A stretch of DNA of 56,141 nucleotides, taken from NCBI RefSeq assembly GCF_041956535.1, contig NW_027192228.1, positions 1-56,141 on the forward strand, in the 5' to 3' direction. Source of the stretch: Calcarisporiella thermophila CBS 279.70. Lineage: Eukaryota; Fungi; Calcarisporiellomycota. A program made the translations under genes and the position numbers. This document shows, in pieces, positions 11,398 to 21,762 of the stretch. How positions within the stretch are numbered: position 1 is the first letter of the stretch; every line of letters begins with the position of its first letter. The notes below the pieces were generated by a model that worked only from the letters and a program-made list of their open reading frames with translations, had not been told where the DNA came from and did no database searches.

Positions 11398-12435
11398 ATG
11401 GAGATATATGAGTATACTCTAAACACAATTTCTTTGTTATCCGGACTTGCCATGGTGCTCATGGTATTCTATTATCGCTACGCTCAACCCAACATTACCA
11501 ACTCAACTTCCTTTAAGCTCAGTCTCTGGATTGGGCTCAACACGCTATTAAGTTATTCATTTACACTGCTAAGTACGAGAATTGGTAAATCAGATAGTGG
11601 TACGAGAGGATTCTTCATCCGCATTGTGCAAGGATCCGAAGTGCTATTCGAAACGTGGACGGCACTGCTTGTGGCATGCATCGCATTTGACCTACAGCTA
11701 TCTTTCATCCACCGTATTAAAAATTTTCACTGGATACAGCGACTATACGTACCTCTCACCTTTGTGGTAGTTTTCATCCCATATCTTGTGTCTCTATTGA
11801 GTCCTATAGAGTTTACAGAAGATGGCAAATCTGGTGATAACTCAAGTAAACAAGCACAGTTTTTCTTCTTATCATCCGTTTTTGTCAGTTTAGCGATCGG
11901 TCTTTTGAGCAGCTGCTATTCTCTTTTGGTTGTGGCGATGGTCATTTTCCGTGTTATTGGGGAATTTTGGTGGATGAAAAACCCTGAACTTACCGGCCAG
12001 AATATAACTGATGAGCATAAGCAAAGGGAACGTCGACTTATTAGCTTTGTATTCCGGATATTGCTCTACCCCATTGTCTTTATTGCAACCAGGCTTTTCG
12101 TCTGGTCTTGTGCATTTTTAAATGGTTTTCTGTTTTCATTACATTTTGAAGCAGAAAAAGACACGAATGACGTGAAAGACATGAAAGAAATGATGGCGAT
12201 TTGGGAAGAGATTCCAGGAGTCAAATTTCTCGAGATCTCAGGTAAATCCGTAAGTGCGTCAATCGGCTTCTTCAATCTTTTAATACTGTTGCTGAACCCG
12301 GTGCTTCAACGAGCGGAGAAACATTCTGCCTTGCGTCAGAGCTGGCTGCCACTCATGTCACAGTACGATTCGAATATCCCGAGTGAAGATGCGACTTACA
12401 AAACTTCTTCTCACGAACTTCAGGCGCAAAAGTGA
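11398..12435 (+). CDS. 7TM G-protein-coupled receptor-like protein (Git3/cAMP-receptor-like), copy 1
   Basis: Seven hydrophobic segments, with ACIAFDLQL at the end of TM3, RILLYPIV in TM6 and GFFNLLILLLNP in TM7. Intronless. Confidence 0.8.
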   Translation: MEIYEYTLNTISLLSGLAMVLMVFYYRYAQPNITNSTSFKLSLWIGLNTLLSYSFTLLSTRIGKSDSGTRGFFIRIVQGSEVLFETWTALLVACIAFDLQLSFIHRIKNFHWIQRLYVPLTFVVVFIPYLVSLLSPIEFTEDGKSGDNSSKQAQFFFLSSVFVSLAIGLLSSCYSLLVVAMVIFRVIGEFWWMKNPELTGQNITDEHKQRERRLISFVFRILLYPIVFIATRLFVWSCAFLNGFLFSLHFEAEKDTNDVKDMKEMMAIWEEIPGVKFLEISGKSVSASIGFFNLLILLLNPVLQRAEKHSALRQSWLPLMSQYDSNIPSEDATYKTSSHELQAQK

Positions 12436-13812
12436 AGCACAAGGGGAACTCATCAGTTATTTTGAACTGCGAGCATAGCATTAAACTAATGGGGTTATAT
12501 AGCCACGCATATTTAAGCCCTATTATATCCCACAACAAGATTGAGTTGACCTAGAGAATATTTAGACAGTGCGATGTATAATATATATTTTTTTAATACT
12601 TTTCTCTAACCTATTGAAGATCATCGAATCAAATGTCGAGTAATAAAGTATTATCACAACATTTATATCAGGGTTGGACTGCCTAACTCCCTTGGCCAGT
12701 GATATTTGAAGTATCAATCATGCTTGCAATTTGATTAAGATAGTCAAATTCATTAGATTATCTTAAGTAGTATCGTTCTGTGGTAAAATTTTGATACAAT
12801 GAGAGGCAACTACCTGCACAACTCTGGATAAATGCTGTTTTTATGGTGATTGAAGCCATGGAAAGGGCTTCTCAAAGTCATTATAGCGGTGTAACTAGCT
12901 TTTCTGGACTATTATGGCTTTGTCTTGTGAAAAGCACTCGGAAGTTAGCTTGAGCGTGCGGAGCCGCTTAGATCAACCCGAGACATATAAATCATTGAAG
13001 AGCAAGCAATACGGATTTTGATAATGAGATCAGTGAGCTTTAAGGAATGGTCCCAAGATGTCAGAAATTGAGCAGAAAAAGTAATAAGCAGCAAAGAATA
13101 TGACCGCTTCACTGAACTAATGTGATTCTCTACGTGTATTTGCTATGCTTTTCTAAACGCCATTCTATTCTACAAAACCGACTTGTCCTAATGCGATGTA
13201 AAGTATTTTTTTTTAAAGTATTTTGATTATGAGATCTTATAGTATTCAATAATATTTGCGAATATCTGACTTGAACAACTATTGAATCATGTATTGATCA
13301 TTACTAATTTGCAATATTGGATCAAGTGAGTTCAAAAGCAACATCATCACATTTATTTCCAATTGCCTTGTAGCGATTATTAATTGCGATTTCGGAGCGA
13401 CACCGACAAATGCAAGGAAACCAAACTTTTGCTTATGTTGTAAATAAAATGAAGGTAAAGCTAAAATTTTGAACTCAGATGATATACTACTTGATTTTAT
13501 TAATATCAGCGGATGATTAAGTGGCCACCTTGAACAATCGAACGCGTCAATTCAATCCATGTATGTTTACAGCTTTGTCACATCCATCTCACAATGGCTC
13601 TTTCACTCGTCTTGCTTTTTTCTTAGCGCTTGTTTCTCTGCTTCTTAAACGATGCTCCGTTCAAAATCAATGCTTGAACGCGAATTTATAAAGTTCTTTG
13701 CGTAACTCTTGCATATAACCAACTGCCAAGCTCAACATATTTTCCCGTAGATTGACTATGATGATTCTTTCGCATCCTTATACATCTCATCCATTCATCT
13801 TCCTTTTGCAAA

Positions 13813-14868
13813 ATGGAATTATTTGAATATATTCTAAACTCAATTTCCTTGATCTCTGGACTTTTAATGGTGCTTATTGTCTCCTATTATCGCTATAAAC
13901 AACCCGATATCACCAACGCGACATCCTTTATGCTCAGTTTTTGGATTGGGCTCAACACGCTGCTAAGCTACTCATTTATTTTATTAAGCACTGTGATTGG
14001 TAAATCAGATGATGGCACCAAGGGATTCTTCATTCGCCTCGTAAGTGAATCAGGTCTCTTCCTTAATTTATGGGCTTCTTTTCTCGTGGCATGCATCGCT
14101 CTTGACTTACAACTATCATTCATCCACCGCATTAAAAATTTACAATGGGTTCAGCAGCTATACGCGCCCGTCACTGCTGCGGCATCAATCATTCCACTTA
14201 TAGTGACATTATTGAATCCTATAGATTTTAAAGAAGATAAGGATTTCAAACTAGATTTAAGTAGACAATCCCATATTTTGAACTTTGCAACTTATTTTGC
14301 AACCTCTGCGATAATTTTCATGACCTGGTGCTACACTCTTTTAGTCGCAATAATGGTTCTTTTTCGTGTTATTGGAGAATTTTGGTGGATGAGAAAGCCT
14401 AACCATAGTGGTCAGAATATAAATGAGGAACAGAGAAAAAGGGAACGTCAACTCATCAGCTCGGTGTTCCGAATTATGCTCTACCCCATAGTGTTTATTG
14501 CGTCCAATTTTTATATTTGTATCGGCTCAGCTCTAATTGGCATTATTCTTGCAATAAGTCATAAAGATAAAGAAGAAACACAGGTGTTGGTTATGATGGA
14601 AAAAATGCCTGCACTTAAATACATCAAGATTTCAATTGATTCACTAAGTGCTTCGATCGGCTTCATCTATCTTTTGGTGTTGTTGTTGAATCCGGTGCTT
14701 CAGCGTGCAATGAAACACTCTAACTTGCGTCAGAATTGGTTGCCACTCATGTCACAATGTGAACAGACAATCTCGTGTGAGGGTATGAGTAATGATACTG
14801 TCTTCCACAATCATCGAGCGCAAGAGGAAAATACTACTGAGGGAATTATCAACCATTCTGGAATATGA
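13813..14868 (+). CDS. 7TM GPCR-like protein, copy 2 (tandem paralog)
   Basis: Shares blocks with copy 1: WIGLNTLLSYSF, DLQLSFIHRIKN, FRVIGEFWWM, LYPIVFIA, LNPVLQRA and WLPLMSQ. Confidence 0.8.
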   Translation: MELFEYILNSISLISGLLMVLIVSYYRYKQPDITNATSFMLSFWIGLNTLLSYSFILLSTVIGKSDDGTKGFFIRLVSESGLFLNLWASFLVACIALDLQLSFIHRIKNLQWVQQLYAPVTAAASIIPLIVTLLNPIDFKEDKDFKLDLSRQSHILNFATYFATSAIIFMTWCYTLLVAIMVLFRVIGEFWWMRKPNHSGQNINEEQRKRERQLISSVFRIMLYPIVFIASNFYICIGSALIGIILAISHKDKEETQVLVMMEKMPALKYIKISIDSLSASIGFIYLLVLLLNPVLQRAMKHSNLRQNWLPLMSQCEQTISCEGMSNDTVFHNHRAQEENTTEGIINHSGI

Positions 14869-15655
14869 TTATTTTACTGAATTCAACTGCCTAGCTGCGC
14901 TTTTTATGCTTGCGTTGGCATTGATCCCTTCTACTACTTGTTATAGTGCAATATAAAATATTTCTTTCTTAAATTTATTCGACTATGTAAAATCTTCGAA
15001 TCAAATCAGATGTGAGATTTTTTCCGTAATGTATTCATCGAGCTTAGGCTACCTCCTAGAATAATGACAAATTGTTATAGCATGCGCACTTAGATATGGA
15101 CACGAAGCTCAATATCTTTTGCTTGGTCCCCTTATGGTTAAAAAGAATGCGGGTGTGAATAACTTAGGGCTGCTACAACCTTTGATAGTAATGCTAAATC
15201 ACTTTCATTGAAACCGGATGATCTTTTAGACGATAGAGAGCAAATAAGTATATGACAAGATATGTTTTTTTTTGTATGCCAGTTTGATGAAAATATACTC
15301 TTCTTTAAACTTGAAATACAGAGATTACTTTCCTTTTCCTTCTCTATCTTCGTAGGATTTATAGCTTGGCATATATTCTCGAAATGTATGCCAAGACAAG
15401 TTAAAACTTTTTTAGATTTCAATAATTAAGTTAAAGAAATGTATACTGGAAAGCTAAAAATATACTGAGAGCAGTTCAAATTAAACATGTCTTATAGAGT
15501 AGATCAATCTTGGCAGACATTTAAGCTACCTATTTATTTATGAATATTTTTTAATAAAGTAACGGATATCCTATAAATAATCCAAAGGAGAGTAGAGGAT
15601 TCAATTAAAACATTGAATCTTATTGATCCAATGGAAAAAGATAGTTTTAACATTA

Positions 15656-15949
15656 TTAACACAAAATCTTAACACTCTTCCAGCCGAAACCCTCGATCCT
15701 ATTCCAATCGTCCCACCAATAGTATCTTGAATGGTAAGGCGGTTCACAATTCAGATAGTTGTAAAACTCGAAAGAGCTGGTACGACCCATTGACCTGAAG
15801 CTACCTTGATATCTCAAGTTGGTGCAGCCACACGAATCTATCGTTTGCTTGTCGCCCGACCAATTCCTCCCGGAAAACACTTCGATCACTCTCTTACAAT
15901 AGACGAGATTAAAAACGAAAAAAAGGGTTAAAATTGAAAGAAACTTCAT
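15656..15949 (-). CDS. Secreted MiAMP1-like (beta-barrelin) antimicrobial peptide
   Basis: Signal peptide, then VFSG..., CGC, FYNxxxC and C-terminal FGWKSVKILC. These match remembered MiAMP1 motifs (VWSG...KCGC...LYNQAGC...FGWKSIFIQC). Confidence 0.8.
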   Translation of the reverse strand: MKFLSILTLFFVFNLVYCKRVIEVFSGRNWSGDKQTIDSCGCTNLRYQGSFRSMGRTSSFEFYNYLNCEPPYHSRYYWWDDWNRIEGFGWKSVKILC

Positions 15950-16053
15950 TTTTCAGATTGGTTCTAACACAGCGAGCAGTAATATTCTAATGTAGATGAT
16001 TGCAAAACAATTAATTGCTGAAGCTTGGTTGGCACTTCAGATCACACCGCCTT

Positions 16054-16166
16054 TTTATAGAGATTGAGGAAAAGCCTGCTACGTGGCTCGGTTGTCAATC
16101 GTCCTTAATAGGAAATATGCATTTTCAGATTGAATCTCGATCTCATAAGTAAGACACTGCAAGCCA
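16054..16166 (-). promoter_or_regulatory. TATA box plus shared upstream module of the MiAMP1-like gene
   Basis: Minus-strand TATAAA at 16054-16059. GTGGCTCGGTTGTCAATCGTCCTTAATAGGAAATA at 16083-16117 and CTGCAAGCCA at 16157-16166 both recur upstream of the next gene. Confidence 0.7.
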
Positions 16167-17400
16167 CCGCTTTTTTTAGACAATGCAGGTAAAATTCGAT
16201 GACGATTGCCATCTACTTTATTCGCCTGGGCAACTCATGGATAGTCTTAGTCAAAAATACCAGAATCTAAGTATTTTGTTACGGCTTTCCTCCGACTTTT
16301 GAATGAGCCTTCTATTTGATTTGCGAAGCTTGAGTAGAATAATTAAAATGTTGCACTATTGAGCCATTCTCATTGCAAATAGAAGTCGCAACCCATAGCT
16401 GCTGAACCTCGTGGTTGCATTGAGCGTCTTTTGGAAGTATCAGCTGAATGATCAAATGAACTCAAAAATTAGCGATTTGCTGGCTCGCAACTATTAAACT
16501 TAACAGGAATTGAAAATTATAAATTCTTAATAAATCATGCAATCTTCAGGATTTTGTTTAACTCTGTATATTTATGGAAATTAAAATATCACAGCCCCAA
16601 AAAATTTATGGAAATTATTGAGCCTATGTCGATGGGGATTACTTTTATGGTATTGATAGGAAATTGGAGGTCAAACCAATGTCACGCTCTTTGATCTAAA
16701 TATATCTCTTCATTGGTGGCCCTAAATATTGCATATCACCTGTCATTTGAGCAGCAATCACATAACTGCGACTTGAGTGATCGGAAGGGGGTTATTGAGA
16801 ACTGGCTGAAACACTATTGAGTGAAACTCTCCTACGTCTCTCACGGCTTTAGAGTAGCTAACACCATTATTGTACCAATTTCGGTATTAATTTGGCTTTT
16901 ATCGCATAGCCACCAAGCTCCGGATAATGGTTATTAAGTGATACGTTGAGTACAAACTCCAATAATACCACTATCTCACAAAGCATACGCAAGCTTAGCA
17001 ATTAATTTCAACTACAATAAGTAAAAGCTTATCGTTTTAATAATTGTAGACCTAATAGAGATCATAATCCTATTAATAATTCAAAAGTCGTTGCCATTAT
17101 TAGTTAGTGCACGGAATATAAAAGAGCATTCCTACAAAGAGCAGATACACAATAGTTTTTTTTACGAAAGCAATCTAAAAAGGATTGGATTGGGATAATG
17201 TGAAATTACATTTAATTATGTAGTTTGATAAATCTGAGTAAATTGGAATTTTCCTTCAAAGACATAGAATTTTTCGACAAAAGAATACTTTTTGTATTTA
17301 TTAATAAAAGGCTTAAATTTTCCAAGATTAACTAAGAGCAATAACGGAATTGATGAAGCCTGTTAACTAGAACTATGGGTTAAATAAGCTTCGCGTCTCT

Positions 17401-17631
17401 TTAAGGCCTCTTCCAGCGATGAGCACATTCTTCAAATTTATTCCCTGTTTCCCTGTCACCTCTATCGCCGCACCAGTACACTTTGTAGTCGCCATTAGCA
17501 TAACCACAGCAAGCTCTTATACATTCGGCTTGTTCCCAGCAGCAGAGATTAGGGCAAACATGCTTAGTTGCGCTTACAAAGGAGAACAGCACCTGGACAA
17601 AGAAAAGAGAAACTAAAAGAAATTTGAGCAT
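17401..17631 (-). CDS. Small secreted 8-cysteine peptide (76 aa)
   Basis: Signal MLKFLLVSLFFVQVLFSFVSA. The mature part has the pattern C-x3-CC-x5-C-x3-CC-x11-C-x14-C. A TATA box lies ~115 nt upstream. Confidence 0.8.
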   Translation of the reverse strand: MLKFLLVSLFFVQVLFSFVSATKHVCPNLCCWEQAECIRACCGYANGDYKVYWCGDRGDRETGNKFEECAHRWKRP

Positions 17632-17743
17632 TTTCGAGATACAATCAAATCTCTTATGTTGGGAATTGGATATAGAACAAGGGTGGTGAAATATAAAAAA
17701 TAAAAATTGTAATTCGAGCGGATGCAACTGTTTTTGCCTTGCA

Positions 17744-17899
17744 TTTATAGATTTCACGAGAGAAACAAACCGTGTGGCTCGGTAGACAATAACTCTAATA
17801 GGAAATAAAGCAATCAGTCTGGTGTTACGTAACGATCTGGATCGATTCTTGTATTGTAGACCTGAAAATAGAATGATTGATCACATCATCTGCAAGCCA
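17744..17899 (-). promoter_or_regulatory. TATA box plus shared upstream module of the 8-Cys peptide gene
   Basis: Minus-strand TATAAA at 17744-17749, GTGGCTCGGTAGACAATAACTCTAATAGGAAATA at 17774-17807 and CTGCAAGCCA at 17890-17899. Confidence 0.7.
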
Positions 17900-18913
17900 T
17901 GTTTTTAATACTAGCAAAATGATACACCTTTCACCTTGTTTTCGAAAATTTCTAGTCTTGAAGCCTTACAAATATGGAATCTATAGTACTTAGATTAAAT
18001 CAATAAATCAATATTTCATACTGAAAATGAGTGATCGCACCGCATGAAATTACCGGAGTTAAAATTCATTTAAGAGCTACACTGCTCTGTAGCGTCAATA
18101 CTGCTCGATACAAGCTAATTCAACCAAGCCACGAGCACAAATTCTTGTAAAACCAGAGTGATCTTTCATTTGGATTTCACAATGAGGTTCTTTTCTACTT
18201 TTTGTCTTTTAATTGCACCGTGAATTGGTATTAATATTCTTTCATATATCTGTTTTGATCAGCAAATTCTATAAATATGTTCCGGTTATTTTAGAACTAG
18301 ATGCTCATAATTAGAAGCCCATTTGCTCCATTACATTTGTTTAGTGTTTTCCAGTAAATTGAAGAATGAGACTTTAATTGTCCATCTAGATGATGTTAAT
18401 TAAATACCATCGCTAGTTTCCAATAGCGATGTGCAAGGTGGAGAATCATCTTGTTGAATTAAGGATAGAATTGTTATATATCGCAAAAGTGAGACTAATA
18501 GACTATCATCACTAAGATAGTGAACAAGTTTGGAGAAAAATCAGCCGAAATGTAAATTCTTTTGACCACACAATCTAGAGTGCTAGGAAGTGATGAGTTA
18601 TGGATTAGAAAAAGAATTTATGCTACAATTAAAATTTTTGGTGTAATATTGCTCCCTCTATGCAATTCCAATACTCTTTTTTATATAGGAATTCTTCAAC
18701 ACAATAAAATGCTTCAAGCTCAAAGAGATCTACAGGAAAATTATTCTACCTTGGTCACACCCGGGTAATGCTTTTGCGAAATGCTGTCGAATACAATGAA
18801 AATAGAATATCCTATATTATACCATACTAAGCTTTTTACATTTAAGTTTTTTCAGCTAAATCTTCTGTATTTATAAGCCGTATCAAGCACTTTTAAACAA
18901 TACTCATTCAAAG

Positions 18914-19563
18914 ATGAAGATCTATTGTATGTAAATTATAATGATGAATTTCCAGAGCCTTTTTCAATCGAAGTCAATGATTTCATCTCCATTGAAAATC
19001 TTAAAGCTGTAATTGTAGAGGAACGATTGAAACACATGGAGAATATTCATCCCGCCAGCATAAAATTATGGAAGATCGATATAGTTTCCGACAGCCAATC
19101 TATCAGAAAGGCCATAAAAAATTTCAGCTATAATAATATTCAGCAACAATGGATCTCACCAACAGATGAATTGCATGAATATTTTCCTGAAGAATTTTTC
19201 CCGGGAGAAAAGCGCGTACACATTCTCATCGAGTTACCTCGTTCAGGTACTTAATGTTTCATATTCATCTTTAAGGGCTCTACATATCATCATTGATCTT
19301 AAAATAATATAATGATGGAATTCTAAGTTTGTCTGAAGACCATTTGATCAGAATTTGCTTTATACAAATTTATCGATTTTTATTTGATTTTACACATTCT
19401 AACACTCACACATCTAAATATTCCAGAAATGATACGCAAGCTTGGAGTGCAGGGAACGCTTATAAGTGTATTGGACCGTAAAATGGATGATATTCTTTTT
19501 GGCATTTTTATGATATCCATGTTAATTATCTGTGTAATTGCAAGTTATTTGGAAAAGAAATAA
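18914..19563 (+). CDS. Crinkler (CRN) N-terminal-domain protein with a C-terminal transmembrane tail; 1-nt frameshift near the start
   Basis: MKIYC/YVN...FSIEV...LKAVI...IKLWKIDI...VHILIELP correspond to the LFLAK and HVLVxxP motifs. Intron 19247-19426 (CTAAC branch). Exon 2 encodes EMIRK...ILFGIFMISMLIICVIASYLEKK*. Confidence 0.72.
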
Positions 19564-20168
19564 AACAACAATATTATATATATGTTATTATTTAATAGAT
19601 ATTTGCGCTTAATAATAAGTGTTCTGGATAACATTCCCTTCGAGCGACATCTTAAAAACCAATTAATTCCTTGTGAGCATTCCGATAGAATAGAATTTTT
19701 CGTCAATACAATAAAACAATCTATTTCCCCTTCTCTCTCTTTCGCTTGCAGCATTTATTATATTACAAAGAAGGTATTTCAGAATATGCTTTTCTCCAAA
19801 CAAATTTTTTCCATTGCTCTTAATGCTTTCGATATGTAAAAAATTACTTTCGAACTTGGATATTGATATAAAATAATATTGCCAAATATCTGCAACATGT
19901 CTATTGTTTTCAACCAGTTTAATAACCTATACTTTTCTCTAATGAGAGTGAGAAATCATCAAAAAGTTTTTAGGATATAAGTTTGGTCGCAAAATCTCAA
20001 TAATTTACTAGAACTACGCGCTTTATATTTAACACAGCAATAGGATATATATTATTTTGTAAACTTTGAAAGCATGGATGGAATAATATATAGTATTAAA
20101 GGGAGAGTACTAGGATATCCATCATGGGTGTGCATTATATTAAAGAGAGGAAATTTATGCAATCCGAA

Positions 20169-20807
20169 TTACTTGCAGACATTATTGTAGCGATAAGGAA
20201 CGAAGGCACCCTTGTCATACCTAATGTAACAATAATAATGGTTAAATAATATGTAACAATGTGAAAAGAATAGATTATTCTAACAAACTCCATTCTATCC
20301 TTGATAAAAATAGATACATACCAATAAGGATATGGTGTCTTGCGCTTGACAGTACCCACTCCTGGCCTAGTCTCTTCATAGGCAATGTACTCTGTTTTCT
20401 GCTTGTTAGCCCAGCCGCCAAAGATAACAACATGTTTACGGGTATCTAACAGGATGTCACCAGGAAGAAGCTCGGCCTTAGAGATTTTTTTGGCAACCTA
20501 TTCCAGGAAACATATAGTTAGATTTTGACTTGGACTATCCGTAATTAGAGCCTACCCCAGGGAGCGTTGAAGTAACTCGGCCAGGTTTCGCAAGACCCCA
20601 AGCCATGGACACATATCCACTGCAATCCTCGCGATAACCCTGATAGCGACCGTTTTGGTTGTAGGGTACCTTATTTTTGACCCAAACTTCGGCACGATCA
20701 ATCATAGTTTTGCGTGCGACACAGGCAGCTAAAGCCTCGGCTGCAAAAGTATCGACTGCGAAACAGACTAGAGCAACAAATAAAGCAATGGCGCCAGAAA
20801 ATTTCAT
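20169..20807 (-). CDS. Secreted NlpC/P60-like cysteine peptidase (putative peptidoglycan hydrolase), 159 aa, 2 introns
   Basis: Exons 20807-20556, 20497-20322 and 20220-20169 give a signal peptide, RAEVWVKNKVPYNQ, YREDCSGYVSMAWGL (catalytic Cys), ELLPGDILL, HVVIFGGW (catalytic His), YEE and ...FVPYRYNNVCK*. Confidence 0.85.
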
Positions 20808-21740
20808 CTTTAAATAGATAAGGAGAGGAAGAAATCAAGGGAAGCTTGTGAATGATTTTCTCTTTTTTTTTTTTCTGCAAACCGACAGGTATTTATACGC
20901 AAAGAAGGGAAAGGAGGCAAAGTTCGCTTGGCTAGAAGTATGAAGTTTGCAGAACTGTGGCTCTACCATAAAAATGAGTATAATACACTTATAATTATAC
21001 ACTGAGGTACAAAATTAGTTCCAAAAATATACGATAATGGTTAGTTAATACCCTGGTTTTCATCAAAACCCAAAGACAAACACATTCCATTCGTCAGAAC
21101 AATATTAATTGTTATAGACGGCTCATATTGTGAAACAATATTAATCTAATTTCACAATTGGATATACCGCCACAAAATACAAGCCGCACCACACTTCAAG
21201 CCGGCACTTAACCGAATTGTTAATAAACGCCACAGCCATATGCTTGGGTTAGGATGAATTCTCACCTCAAAACTAAATAAGAGACAATAGCTTGAATTCT
21301 TGTATTTATGATATATATATTTATGATAGTTTTGTCAATGCATATTCATACTAAGATATTTATAGAAAGAGCGGATCTCTAGGGATTCTTTTATGCTTCA
21401 ACTTTTCATCGGAAAAATGGTTGCTAATTGGCAACTACTCCGATATTCTTTCTAAGGGAATTGTAGTACAACTGCTTGAGCACGTTGGAAACTAGAATAA
21501 CTTTCGGTAAATCTTTATGGATACCGTGAGAATGGTTAGTTTCAACTCTTACGTCAATAACTAAATTATCATTTACAGACAAAAAGGAAAGCCTCTCCAA
21601 TCAATGTCAAGCTTGGCAATAAGTTATACAAAGATGAGCTGTTAGCAAGTTCCCATTTCACTGGTTAAGCTATAAAATTAAGTTGCTCTTTACCATTTTC
21701 TTTTTGTGCCAGTCGAGACAACTCTTGGTTACTCTTATAG

Positions 21741-21762
21741 GTTAACCCAGAACTGGGTTAAC
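21741..21762. repeat. Perfect 10-bp palindrome
   Basis: GTTAACCCAG-AA-CTGGGTTAAC, flanked by TATA on both sides. Confidence 0.75.
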
